In this document: in pieces, positions 8,287-17,161 of the stretch
How positions within the stretch are numbered: the stretch's first letter is position 1
Layout of the letters: every line of letters starts with the position of its first letter
Assembly: GCA_964496595.1 (NCBI GenBank)
Contig: CAZCAI010000001.1
Location: forward strand, 22,514 to 86,513
Reading direction: 5' to 3'
Source of the DNA: an uncultured Anaerolineales bacterium
GTDB lineage: Bacteria > Chloroflexota > Anaerolineae > B4-G1 > SLSP01
DNA: 64,000 nt
The notes under the pieces: model-generated
Told to the model about the DNA's origin: nothing
The model's database searches: none
Seen by the model: only the letters and a program-made list of their open reading frames with translations
Program-made: the position numbers and the translations under genes

Positions 8287-9291
8287 CTATGACTCGCTGC
8301 TGAACGCCGCGTCGAACGCCACATTCGACGGGGTCAGATCCAAGCTGCGGACTAAGGCCAGCGCCTCTGGCGCGCCCTGCTCGCGGTTCATCCCGTTGTC
8401 CTCCCACTCGACGGAGTAGGGGCCGCCATAGCCGATGTCGTTGAGCGCGCGGAAGATGCGTTCGAAGGGGACGCCGCCCCGTCCCGGCGAGACGAAATCC
8501 CAGCCCCGGCGATGATCCCCAAAGAAGAGGTGCGAGCCTAAGATACCGTTGCGCCCATCTAACAGGCGGATCGATTCTTTGACGTGCATGTGATAGATGC
8601 GGTCGGCGTATTCGTAGACGAAGGCCACCGGATCGACCATCTGCCAGTAGAGGTGGCTGGGATCGAAGTTGAAGCCGAAGGCCGCGCGGTGATCGATGGC
8701 CTCCAAGGTTCGCTGGGCCGTCCAGAAATCGTAGGCGATCTCCGAGGGATGCACCTCCAGCGCAAATTTGACGCCGACCTCATCGAAGACGTCCAAAATC
8801 GGATGCCAGCGCTCGGCGAAGTCCTGATAGCCGGCCTCAATCATCTCCGGCGGCGCGGGCGGGAACATCGCTAAGGTGTGCCAGATCTTCGAGCCGGTGA
8901 AGCCGTTGACGACCTGCACGCCGAAGCGTTGCGCGGCGCGGGCGGCGTTCTTCATATCCTCGGCGGCGCGACGCCGCACGCCCTCCGGGTCGCCATCGCC
9001 CCAGATGTGCGGCGGGACGATGCCCTTGTGTCGCTCGTCGATGGGGTGATCGCAGACGCACTGACCCACCAGGTGATTGCTGATCGCGAAGCATTCGAGG
9101 CCGTACCTGGCCAGCAGATCGCGCTTCTCCTGGACGTAGCCATCGCGCTCCAGCGCCATATTGATGTTGAAGTGATCGCCCCAGCAGGCGAGTTCTAGAC
9201 CATCGTAGCCCCAGGCGCTGGCTTTCTCCGCCAACGTCTCCAATGGCAAATTGGCCCACTGTCCTGTGAATAGCGTAACCGGTCGTGACAT
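8287..9291 (-). CDS. Sugar phosphate isomerase/epimerase (xylose-isomerase-like TIM barrel).
   Basis: 334 aa with AP-endonuclease-2/xylose-isomerase-like TIM-barrel signatures ([19 protein letters not shown] metal-ligand pattern). AAGGAG RBS. Commonly paired with Gfo/Idh/MocA oxidoreductases. Confidence 0.8.
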   Translation of the reverse strand: MSRPVTLFTGQWANLPLETLAEKASAWGYDGLELACWGDHFNINMALERDGYVQEKRDLLARYGLECFAISNHLVGQCVCDHPIDERHKGIVPPHIWGDGDPEGVRRRAAEDMKNAARAAQRFGVQVVNGFTGSKIWHTLAMFPPAPPEMIEAGYQDFAERWHPILDVFDEVGVKFALEVHPSEIAYDFWTAQRTLEAIDHRAAFGFNFDPSHLYWQMVDPVAFVYEYADRIYHMHVKESIRLLDGRNGILGSHLFFGDHRRGWDFVSPGRGGVPFERIFRALNDIGYGGPYSVEWEDNGMNREQGAPEALALVRSLDLTPSNVAFDAAFSSES

Positions 9292-9357
9292 GTCATCTCC
9301 TTTTGAGTTGTGAATTTGGGTTTTGGATGGGACTTTGAGACTTTAGACATTCGGACT

Positions 9358-9747
9358 TTACGACGCTTGAATAAGGTGCTCCAGGTAGCAACGCGGTCCT
9401 CCGTGCTGCCGCCCTTGGCGGATGGTTCGCCGCACATCTAATAGGTGATCGTACAGTTCTTCAATGGAGGCGCGCGCGACATACCGCTCGCATACCGCCT
9501 GGATGCGCTCATACGTGGCCCTCACCAGCGGGGCCATCGGCCGGAGGTTGGCCGGTTCATTGGACTGGGCTGCGCGATAGCCCTTCATCACCGCCTCCAG
9601 CGCCGTCAGCGCCTCCCAGTCGCACAATTCGGGGCGCTCGCGGGCCAGCGCGGCGATTTGCTGCTCGATCTCTGCTCGAACGTCGATGGCGTGCTCCTCT
9701 CGGAATGATGAATTTAGAATTGCGAATGATGAATGGAAACAAACCAA
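9358..9747 (-). CDS. Hypothetical protein with an uncertain start. The annotated N-terminus runs through an AT-rich repeat, so the true start is probably downstream.
   Basis: ORF with good GC3 bias over ~9358-9690. The N-terminal 15 codons coincide with repeat family 3. Confidence 0.35.
   Translation of the reverse strand: MVCFHSSFAILNSSFREEHAIDVRAEIEQQIAALARERPELCDWEALTALEAVMKGYRAAQSNEPANLRPMAPLVRATYERIQAVCERYVARASIEELYDHLLDVRRTIRQGRQHGGPRCYLEHLIQAS
9709..9739. repeat. AT-rich repeat family 3, copy 1 (GAATTTAGAAT + ATTGCGAATGATGAATGGA).
   Basis: A 19-bp exact match to 15564-15582, and a GAATTTAGAAT match to 15595-15605. Both copies lie in 5' regions of minus-strand operons. Confidence 0.6.
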
Positions 9748-10029
9748 TTGATCTTATGATAGCACATCTACCCTTGAATTTAAAGTGAAGACTCACCTGA
9801 AAGAAGGGGGACTATCTCACGCTAAGACGCAAAGTCGCCAAGATTTTTAAGGTTTGGCTTAATTTTATTCATCAAATCACCGTCTCTGATCACGAAAATT
9901 AACCTTTACCTTATTTTTCCTTAGCGTCTTGGCGGCTTTGCGAGCCCCTCTATCTTTTTTCAGTGGGGTCAGTGAAAGGATGACAACCATTCGATTCGCG
10001 TTTAGAATAGACAGGACAACAAGGGACAA

Positions 10030-10587
10030 ATGGAGGTGAGGGTCATGATGCGACGCGTGATGCGTTGGTTGATCTGGGGAAGTTGCGCCATCTGGCTGCT
10101 GGCGTGTGGGCGGACGGAGGGCGGGCAGTCGGCGCCGACGGCGACGCCCGTCACGATCTCGCAGTGGGCAGTGGAGGCGCGGGCCAGTTCGGCGTTTGGG
10201 AAGCCCGATTGGAGTCCGGCGCGGGCGACAGGCGCCCCGGAGATCGAGGTCTGCGTCGATGATTCGCGGGCGTGGGCCTCGGCGCGGGGCGGCGGTGTGG
10301 AGTGGCTGGAGTTGACCTATGCGCAGCCCGTCTTCGCGACCGAGGTGGAGATTTACCAGACGTATGGTCGTGGGGCCGTCTCGCGCGTCTCGTTGATCGA
10401 CATCGAGGGCAACGAGACGATCATCTGGGAGGGCGCTGATGAGACGGAGCCGTGTCCGGGGACGTTGGCCGTCGCGACGCCGCAGACCGCGTACCGCGTG
10501 CGTGGCGTGCGCATCGATTTGGACGAATCGCGCACCGGCTTCTGGAATCAGATCGACGCGGTGGCGTTGATCGGCGTGCGGCCATAA
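10030..10587 (+). CDS. Putative lipoprotein of unknown function.
   Basis: Signal peptide with a lipobox (AIWLLAC-G). 185 aa. The likely true start is at MMRRVMRW. Confidence 0.6.
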   Translation: MEVRVMMRRVMRWLIWGSCAIWLLACGRTEGGQSAPTATPVTISQWAVEARASSAFGKPDWSPARATGAPEIEVCVDDSRAWASARGGGVEWLELTYAQPVFATEVEIYQTYGRGAVSRVSLIDIEGNETIIWEGADETEPCPGTLAVATPQTAYRVRGVRIDLDESRTGFWNQIDAVALIGVRP

Positions 10588-10635
10588 AGTTCGTAGTCAG
10601 GCACGAAATCAAAATGGGGTGCCGTTGTGAAGTCC

Positions 10636-10692
10636 GAAAAAACGCCACTCCGCTTACGCCTGACGGGGCCGCTCCGAGGCTTACTATGAACC
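10636..10692. repeat. Repeat family 2, copy A (AAAAACGCCACTCCGCTTACGCC...CGAGGCTTACTATGAAC).
   Basis: Shares a ~40-bp core with 44117-44158; copy A carries an extra 15-bp insertion. Intergenic, between convergent genes. Confidence 0.6.
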
Positions 10693-10714
10693 AAACCCTA
10701 TCTGCTCTATCTGC

Positions 10715-11740
10715 TCAATCCGCTGATGTCTTACCCAGCAGCCGCTTTTTGATCGCGTCGGGGACGTTGCCGCTGGCCTCCAAGATGCGCAGCGTCTCTT
10801 CGGGTGTAGGCGGCGGCTCCGAGGGCGAGGCGATCAGATCGTCGGCCCCGGCGGATGTGCTCTCCGGCGTCTCCGAAGCGCCGGCCAGCCAGAGCAGCAC
10901 GTCGGTGGGTGTGGCGGCGACGTGGATGTGAGCGGGGAGGGCACGTGGCTCCTCGCTGTGGATGAGCAGCGTGGGACGACGTAGTTTCTCGTTCCGCCGG
11001 ATGCTGGCCAGGTCGTGGCCGAGGCAGCGCGCGGCTGCCGCTTCGGCGGTCTGGTGGAGGATCGGCTCCCAGGCGGGATTGCTCGGCGTCTGGGGCGGCA
11101 GCGGCGTGGCCAGGACGAGCCGTTCGTTTGCCAGATAGGCGCGCTCCTGCTTCGAGAGCGAGACCTGTTCCAGGCCCGCGTAGGTGAAAAGTAGAACCTC
11201 GCCGGCGGTGGCGCGCATCGCGTCCAACAACAGCGCCGCCTGCTCGCTGCCGTGGAAGGCGGCGGGCAGATACTCCTCGCCCAGCACGATGCCCAGCGTT
11301 TCTTGCAGCAGTTCGCGCGTCGCCTCATCGGCGGTATCCAGGGGAGCGGGCGGCAGATAGAGGATCGGGCGCTGAAGTGGGGCGCGCGCGCCGCGATAGA
11401 AGAGCAGCGCGGGCCGGTGGCTGAGCGGCAGATCGCGCAGCCCGCCGGGATAGAGCGCTTCATCCCAACCCAGGGCGTCTGGTGCTTTGGAGGAGAACGA
11501 CGCCGGTGGGCGCAGTTTCCGCGCCTCCTGGGGCGTCAATCCCAGCGAGGAGGCTTCCTGTGGCGAGCGCGCCAGGACATCCTCCAACGATAAATCGCGC
11601 TTCTGCCAATCGGCCAAGAGGGTCTTGGCCCGTTGCGTCGCGAGGTTGCTCTCAAAAAGGAACCAATACCAGAGCGTGATATTTCGCTTTTCTTCCTCCG
11701 GGGCTTGCTCCATCTCTGTGGCTTCTTCTGAAGGTAACAT
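10715..11740 (-). CDS. DprA/Smf-like protein. The N-terminal DprA-like region is present but the Rossmann GSR motifs are degenerate.
   Basis: N-terminal segment (LATQRAKTLLADWQ...GWDEALYPGGLRDLPLSHRPALLFYRGA) resembles the DprA SAM-like domain plus the start of the Rossmann domain. Downstream lacks GSR/SGlA motifs. Lies in an operon with dtd and acpS. Confidence 0.35.
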   Translation of the reverse strand: MLPSEEATEMEQAPEEEKRNITLWYWFLFESNLATQRAKTLLADWQKRDLSLEDVLARSPQEASSLGLTPQEARKLRPPASFSSKAPDALGWDEALYPGGLRDLPLSHRPALLFYRGARAPLQRPILYLPPAPLDTADEATRELLQETLGIVLGEEYLPAAFHGSEQAALLLDAMRATAGEVLLFTYAGLEQVSLSKQERAYLANERLVLATPLPPQTPSNPAWEPILHQTAEAAAARCLGHDLASIRRNEKLRRPTLLIHSEEPRALPAHIHVAATPTDVLLWLAGASETPESTSAGADDLIASPSEPPPTPEETLRILEASGNVPDAIKKRLLGKTSAD

Positions 11741-12189
11741 TACGCCGAGGCCTCCTTCTCCAGAAGGATCGTCACCGGGCCGTCGTTGACCAGCTCGACG
11801 GTCATGTAGGCTTGGAAGACGCCCGACTCGACGGGGACATTTTCCTTTTGGATCACGGCGATGAAATGCTCGACCAGCGGCTCGGCGACCTCCGGCGGCG
11901 CCGCGTGCGCGAACGAGGGCCGGAAGCCGCGTCGGGGATCGCCGTAGAGGGTGAATTGTGAGACGACTAGTATCCGGCCTTCAATATCCTTGACCGAGAG
12001 ATTCATCTTACCCTCGTCATCGGGGAAGATGCGGAGATTGGCGGTCTTGTGCGCCAGCCAGCGCGCCTCTTCTTCAGTATCGCCCTCGCGGACGCCTAAC
12101 AGTACCAGCAGGCCATCATCGATCTCCCCGACGGTCTCGCCCTCGGCGGCGACGGATGCGCGGGTCACTCGTTGCACTACGGCTCGCAT
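11740..12189 (-). CDS. dtd: D-aminoacyl-tRNA deacylase.
   Basis: MRAVVQRV...GLLVLLGV...SQFTLYGD...RPSF...NDGPVT signature. AAAGGAGAA RBS upstream of the ATG at 12189. The ORF-track start at 12240 is upstream of the RBS. Confidence 0.9.
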   Translation of the reverse strand: MRAVVQRVTRASVAAEGETVGEIDDGLLVLLGVREGDTEEEARWLAHKTANLRIFPDDEGKMNLSVKDIEGRILVVSQFTLYGDPRRGFRPSFAHAAPPEVAEPLVEHFIAVIQKENVPVESGVFQAYMTVELVNDGPVTILLEKEASA

Positions 12190-12207
12190 AAAAATTCTCC
12201 TTTCGTT

Positions 12208-12305
12208 AACCTTGCGAAGGTTCCAGATGACTATGCACACCAGAGGAGCTGGCGGTCAGGACATGAAGCTTCTGGGACGCGATAGTTTCTAACCTTCGCA
12301 AGGGT
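12208..12305. repeat. Repeat family 1, copy 1. A ~98-bp element bounded by 15-bp inverted hairpin motifs (AACCTTGCGAAGGTT ... AACCTTCGCAAGGGT). Candidate REP/MITE-like element.
   Basis: Terminal motifs at 12208-12222 and 12291-12305 are reverse complements. Each is itself a 6-bp-stem hairpin. Lies between the acpS stop and the dtd RBS. Confidence 0.7.
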
Positions 12306-12310
12306 CGCGT

Positions 12311-12688
12311 TTATGACATCGCGACGACAAACGCGATGGCGAAGTCGCCATCGTGGCTCAGGCTGATGGCCCATTCGGTCAGGCCTTGGCGTTGGGCCAA
12401 TTCCTCGGCGTGCTCGTGGAGGATCACGTAGGGCTTGCCGCTGCGCTCGTTCAGCACCTCGATCTCCTGCCAGCCGACGCCCAGCGGCGAGAGCATCCGC
12501 ATTCCCACGCCGAGGGCCTTGGCCGTGGCTTCCTTGCCGGCGAAACGGGCGGCCAACTCGGCGGGGCGCTCGCGGCTGTACATTACCTCGGCGGGCGTGA
12601 AGACGCGCTCCAAAAAGCGCGGCCCGAAGCGCTCCAACGTGCGCGCGATGCGCGAGACTGCGATGAGATCGACGCCGGTGGCTAACAT
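12311..12688 (-). CDS. acpS: Holo-[acyl-carrier-protein] synthase (4'-phosphopantetheinyl transferase).
   Basis: MLATGVDLIAVSRI...FTPAE...GKEATAKALG...WQEIEV...LSLSHDGDFAIAFVV. The ATG at 12688 sits 4 nt after the upstream stop. Confidence 0.85.
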   Translation of the reverse strand: MLATGVDLIAVSRIARTLERFGPRFLERVFTPAEVMYSRERPAELAARFAGKEATAKALGVGMRMLSPLGVGWQEIEVLNERSGKPYVILHEHAEELAQRQGLTEWAISLSHDGDFAIAFVVAMS

Positions 12689-12692
12689 TGCC

Positions 12693-14012
12693 TTATGATG
12701 CTGGTGTCTCCGGCATCGGCGGCCCGGCGATGGCCAGCGCGAAGTTCTCTGGATCGAGCCATCGTTGCGCGGCGGCCTGGACATCCTCGGCGGTGATGGC
12801 CGTGATGATGTCGCGATAGCGCTGGAGGTAATCCAGGCCCAGTTGGTAGCGCTCGATGTTGATCAGCGACTGGGCGACGCCCTCGTTGGTCTCCAGTTGG
12901 AGCGGCAGGCTCCCGGTGAGGAAGGATTTGCTGTCGTTGAGTTCCTCCTTGGGGACGCGCTCCTCGCGGATGCGACGCAGCTCCTCCTGGATCAGCGTGA
13001 CCGCGCGATCCAAGTTCATCGGGTTGACGCCAGCGATCACGCGCCATGGGCCGGGGCCTTTGCCGCCCTCGATGTGGCTGTAAGCGTAGTAAGCCAGTCC
13101 ATTCTCCTCGCGCACTTTCTTGCCCAAACGGCCATACATCCCAAAAATGCCCAGGATGGTGTTGGTTACCCCGCACGCGATGAAATCGGGATGGAGGCGG
13201 GGCGGGCCGGGCCAGCCCAGCACAAGGTTGCTTTGCATCTTATCCGGGATGATCATCTGTCTTTCGCGGCGCTCGGTGATCGCGGGTACGTTGGGCATAG
13301 GGACGCGCGCCGGGCGGCTGTGCTCCCAATCGCCGAAAGTTTCCCGCACGATGTCCAGCGCTTCCTTGGGCTTCACTGCGCCGACGATGACCAACGTCAG
13401 CCCGTCGGGCGCGAAGTAGCGGCGATGAAAATCGACCAGATTCTCGCGCTGGATGCGCGCGACGGTATCGGTGTAGCCGGTGAGGCTGTGGTGATAGGGG
13501 TGATTGGCGGGATAGGCCAGCTCGTGGAAGGTGCGCGCGGCCATGCGACTGGTGCTATCACGCCGCTCCTGAATGTCGGTGAGGATTTCGGCGCGTACTT
13601 TCTCGACGTGCTTTTTGGGGAAAGCGGGGCGGCGCAGCAGATCGCCGATGAGGTCCATCAGTAGGGGCAGCGAGGAGGCCAGGCCCTTGGCGCTGAAGGA
13701 GCTGATGTGCGCGCCGGCGCTCAACCCAAAGCCCGCGCCGATGGCCTCCACCGCCTCATACAGATCCTCGAAGGAGCGGCGCTGTGTGCCGCGCTCCATC
13801 ATATCCAACGTGAAGCTCGTCAGACCGTGCAGCTCGGTGGGTTCGTCCTGCGCGCCGGCCTCGACGTAGCCGCTGACCACCACCGCCGGGCTGGCGAAGT
13901 TCTCGCGCGCCAGCACGGTGATGCCGTTGGGCAGCGTCTCTCGCAGGGTGTCATCGGGGCCGGGTAAAGCGTGCGCGGATTGGCGCTGGCGTTGATATTG
14001 TCTGTTGTCCAT
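12693..14012 (-). CDS. M16-family (pitrilysin-like) peptidase, non-catalytic subunit (no HxxEH).
   Basis: M16 fold signatures, but the HxxEH position reads LTSFTLDMMERGT. Paired with the active M16 gene upstream. Confidence 0.8.
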   Translation of the reverse strand: MDNRQYQRQRQSAHALPGPDDTLRETLPNGITVLARENFASPAVVVSGYVEAGAQDEPTELHGLTSFTLDMMERGTQRRSFEDLYEAVEAIGAGFGLSAGAHISSFSAKGLASSLPLLMDLIGDLLRRPAFPKKHVEKVRAEILTDIQERRDSTSRMAARTFHELAYPANHPYHHSLTGYTDTVARIQRENLVDFHRRYFAPDGLTLVIVGAVKPKEALDIVRETFGDWEHSRPARVPMPNVPAITERRERQMIIPDKMQSNLVLGWPGPPRLHPDFIACGVTNTILGIFGMYGRLGKKVREENGLAYYAYSHIEGGKGPGPWRVIAGVNPMNLDRAVTLIQEELRRIREERVPKEELNDSKSFLTGSLPLQLETNEGVAQSLINIERYQLGLDYLQRYRDIITAITAEDVQAAAQRWLDPENFALAIAGPPMPETPAS

Positions 14013-14018
14013 AAATTG

Positions 14019-14228
14019 TCACGTACCTCCGGGTCTATCTGCTGAGTAGCTGAGAACGGCTTGAATATCCTCCGGCTCCAAATAGGGATAGGCTGCTAGA
14101 ATTTCTTCCCGGGTCATACCATTGGCGATCAGATTTAAGATCAGGGAGACCGTGATGCGCATACCGCGAATGCACGCTCGCCCACCTTTCACCCGTCGGT
14201 CAAAAGTGATGCGTTCTAGACCAAACAT
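14019..14228 (-). CDS. DUF433-family small protein (antitoxin-like). No DUF5615 partner is present.
   Basis: 69 aa. RACIRGMRITVSLILNLIANGMTREEILAAYPYLEPEDIQAVLSY matches the DUF433 signature. Lies 7 bp from the downstream M16 start. Confidence 0.7.
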   Translation of the reverse strand: MFGLERITFDRRVKGGRACIRGMRITVSLILNLIANGMTREEILAAYPYLEPEDIQAVLSYSADRPGGT

Positions 14229-14267
14229 TTCCTTCCTCCCTTTGCTGAATCCGTTAAGCGGATGTCT

Positions 14268-15542
14268 TCATCCTCCGTCTGCTGAGATATACCATCCGAC
14301 GGTGCGATTCTGGGGCGTCAGATAGCTCTGCGCCGCACGCCGCAGATCCTCGGCGGTCACGGCCTCCAGGCGATTGAGGTAGCGCATAAACCACCCGTAA
14401 TCCGCGAACATCTCACTGAATCCCAGCCAGAAGGCTTGATTGGTGATGCTCTCGCTGGAATAGGCGAAGAGCGCGCGCGCCTGGCTGCGCGCCTTCTCCA
14501 ACTCCTGCTCGGCGACCCGTTCCTGTTGCAGGCGCTCGATCTCCGTGGTGAGCGCGGCTTCCACCTCCGCGATGTCGCGCTCCGGCCAGATCGTCGCTTG
14601 CAGGCGATAGAGGCCGGGATCGATGGTGGGGACGACGGAGCCGTGAATGTCGATAGCCAACTCGCGATCCACCAGCGCGCGGTAGAGGCGACTGGTGTAG
14701 TTCGTCAGGGCGCCGCCGCCGATCAGGAACGATGATCCGCCGCTGAGCACGGCGTTTAGCACGGTCAGGGCGAAGAAGTCCTTATCGCGCGCGGCCGGGG
14801 CGTGGAAGACGACCTGGAGATAGTGCGTGCCGCCTTGTCCCTTGATGGTGACGCGCCGCTCTTCCTCTTGTGGCGGCTCGGTAGCCGTCACCGGCGGGAT
14901 CGCATCGCCTCTGGGAATCTCGGCGAAGTAGCGCTCGATCACGCGCTCAATCTCGCCGGCGTTGAAATCCCCGGCGATGGCCAGGAGCGCGTTGTTGGGC
15001 CGATAGTAGGTGCGGTAGTGGTGGTAGAGATCGTCGCGCGTGATCGCTTGGAGATCGCGGAGATGGCCCAGCGTCTCGTGGCCGTAGGGATGCGCCTGGA
15101 ACGCGGCGGCGTCCACTGCCTCGGTCAGTTGGAAGCGCGGGGAGTTCTCTTTGCCCTGTCGCTCGCTGATGATCACCGTGCGCTCGGATTCGACCTCCTC
15201 CTCGGTGATCATCACATTGCTCATCCGGTCCGACTCGATATCCAAGGCCAGCGAGAACTTGTGCGCCGGCAGCGTCTCATAGTAAGTGGTGAAGTCGTAC
15301 CAGGTCATCCCGTTGAAAACGCCGCCCTCGCGGGCGATGGCTTGATCGGTGCTGCCGTTGGGCCAGCGCTCGGTGCCCTTGAAGAGCATGTGCTCGACCC
15401 AGTGGGAGATCCCCGTGATGCCCTCGCGCTCGTTGCGGCTGCCCACGCGATACCATGCCCAAAAACTCACCACGGGCGCGGTGTGACTCTCCCGGATGAG
15501 GATTTTGAGGCCGTTATCTAAGGTGGTGCGCAGTAGATTCAT
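14268..15542 (-). CDS. M16-family zinc metallopeptidase, catalytic subunit (HxxEH present).
   Basis: HWVEHMLFKGT inverted zincin motif plus a downstream Glu. 424 aa. Confidence 0.85.
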   Translation of the reverse strand: MNLLRTTLDNGLKILIRESHTAPVVSFWAWYRVGSRNEREGITGISHWVEHMLFKGTERWPNGSTDQAIAREGGVFNGMTWYDFTTYYETLPAHKFSLALDIESDRMSNVMITEEEVESERTVIISERQGKENSPRFQLTEAVDAAAFQAHPYGHETLGHLRDLQAITRDDLYHHYRTYYRPNNALLAIAGDFNAGEIERVIERYFAEIPRGDAIPPVTATEPPQEEERRVTIKGQGGTHYLQVVFHAPAARDKDFFALTVLNAVLSGGSSFLIGGGALTNYTSRLYRALVDRELAIDIHGSVVPTIDPGLYRLQATIWPERDIAEVEAALTTEIERLQQERVAEQELEKARSQARALFAYSSESITNQAFWLGFSEMFADYGWFMRYLNRLEAVTAEDLRRAAQSYLTPQNRTVGWYISADGG

Positions 15543-15563
15543 AATAGCTCCTCAATTGCGAAT

Positions 15564-15606
15564 TGCGAATGATGAATGGAGAATGGGAGAATGAAGAATT
15601 TAGAAT
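15564..15606. repeat. AT-rich repeat family 3, copy 2.
   Basis: ATTGCGAATGATGAATGGA is identical to 9721-9739. GAATTTAGAAT is also shared. Intergenic between the ugd stop and the M16 start. Confidence 0.6.
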
Positions 15607-15706
15607 GGACAAAGTTATACTCTATTCTCCACCCTTCCATACTTCTTACTCCCATACGCCCTACTCCATATTTACCAGGTTAGATTTGGATTGACTGAGG
15701 GGATGG

Positions 15707-17026
15707 TTACTCCACCCCTTCGCCGTTGTAGCCGCGACCAATGCCGCGATATTTGAATCCGATCTTGCGCACTTCGTCGGGATCGTAGACATTGCGACCG
15801 TCGACCAGGATCGGGCGATTCATCACCTGCTTGAGGTGAGCCAGATTGAGATGTTGGAACTCGTTCCATTCCGTCACCAGCACGAGCGCGTCGGCGCCGG
15901 TCGCGACGGCCTCCGCGCTGTCCATCATCTCGACCTCCGGCAGCAGCGGGCGCGCGTTCTCCGTCGCGACGGGGTCGTAGGCCCGCACGTTGGCGCCCTC
16001 GCGCATAAATTGTCGCGCGATGTCAACCGACGGCGCGTCGCGCATATCATCGGTATTCGGCTTGAACGACAGCCCCAGCAGGCCGATGGTCTTGCCCTTC
16101 AGGCTCTCGCCCATCAGCTCCTTGACCTTGCGCACGGGCGCTTTCCGTTGATCGGTGTTGATGTCGATCACAGCGCGGAGCAGGTGCGGGTGCCGCCCCT
16201 CGGTCTCCGCCATATAGGTGAGCGCCTTCACATCCTTGGGGAAGCAGGATCCGCCCCAGCCGATGCCCGCGTTCAAGAAGTGTGGGCCGATCCGTCGATC
16301 TAAGCCCATCCCGTAGGCGACCTCTTTCACATCCGCGCCCAGCGCCTCGCAGACGTTGGACATCTCATTGATGAAGGAAATCTTCGCGGCCAAGAAAGCG
16401 TTGGATGCGTACTTGATCATCTCCGCCGTGCGGAGGTCGGTGATCATAATGGTGCTGCGCAGTGGCAGGTGAAGCTGGGCGACCTTTTCGGCGGCGTCCT
16501 TGTCCGTCGATCCCAACACCGTGCGGTCGGGACTCATAAAGTCGCCGATGGCGCTGCCTTCACGCAGGAACTCCGGGCAGGAGACGACGGAGAACTCCGG
16601 CGCGTCGGGGCGATGCTCGCGGATGATTTCGGCGACCCAATCGCCGGTGCCCACCGGGACGGTCGATTTGTTGACGATGATCATCGGGTGATTCATCACC
16701 TCGGCGATGCTCTCCGCCGCCATCCGCACGTAGCGCAGATCGGCCTGCCCATCGACATCGGAGGGCGTGCCCACCGCGATGAAGACAAAATCCGCATCCT
16801 TGAGCGCGTCCTCGTAGGAGGTCGTGAAGAGGAGCCGCCCGGCGCGCACATTGCGCTCCACCAGATCCTCCAGCCCCAACTCGTAGATGGGCATGATGCC
16901 CTTCTTGAGGTTCGCGATGCGCTCCTCGTTGATATCTAAGCAGGTGACCTTGTTGCCCAGATCGGAGAAGCACGCGCCGCTCACCAATCCGACATAACCT
17001 ACCCCGATAACCGTGATGTTTTTCAT
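15707..17026 (-). CDS. ugd: UDP-glucose 6-dehydrogenase (nucleotide-sugar dehydrogenase family).
   Basis: [21 protein letters not shown]-terminal Rossmann domain. Catalytic Cys region GGSCFPKDV. 439 aa. Confidence 0.8.
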   Translation of the reverse strand: MKNITVIGVGYVGLVSGACFSDLGNKVTCLDINEERIANLKKGIMPIYELGLEDLVERNVRAGRLLFTTSYEDALKDADFVFIAVGTPSDVDGQADLRYVRMAAESIAEVMNHPMIIVNKSTVPVGTGDWVAEIIREHRPDAPEFSVVSCPEFLREGSAIGDFMSPDRTVLGSTDKDAAEKVAQLHLPLRSTIMITDLRTAEMIKYASNAFLAAKISFINEMSNVCEALGADVKEVAYGMGLDRRIGPHFLNAGIGWGGSCFPKDVKALTYMAETEGRHPHLLRAVIDINTDQRKAPVRKVKELMGESLKGKTIGLLGLSFKPNTDDMRDAPSVDIARQFMREGANVRAYDPVATENARPLLPEVEMMDSAEAVATGADALVLVTEWNEFQHLNLAHLKQVMNRPILVDGRNVYDPDEVRKIGFKYRGIGRGYNGEGVE

Positions 17027-17161
17027 ACACTTAGCTCCTTTGTTTGTAGTATAATGTTATGGTTGTGTTAGTGATTCTAAGATTCTGGTCGAAGTGATGA
17101 TACCACACTTATACGGTTTGCCAAAACTGATTGCTATAGAGCGTGTGAGGGGGATTGGGTA

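Noticed and set aside
9780-10030. Paired motifs ACGCTAAG / CGCCAAGA and their reverse complements in the divergent region between 9747 and 10030.
   Set aside because: The motifs are real but not arranged as a simple hairpin or direct repeat. The evidence is too weak to call a site, so this is mentioned only as a possible operator.
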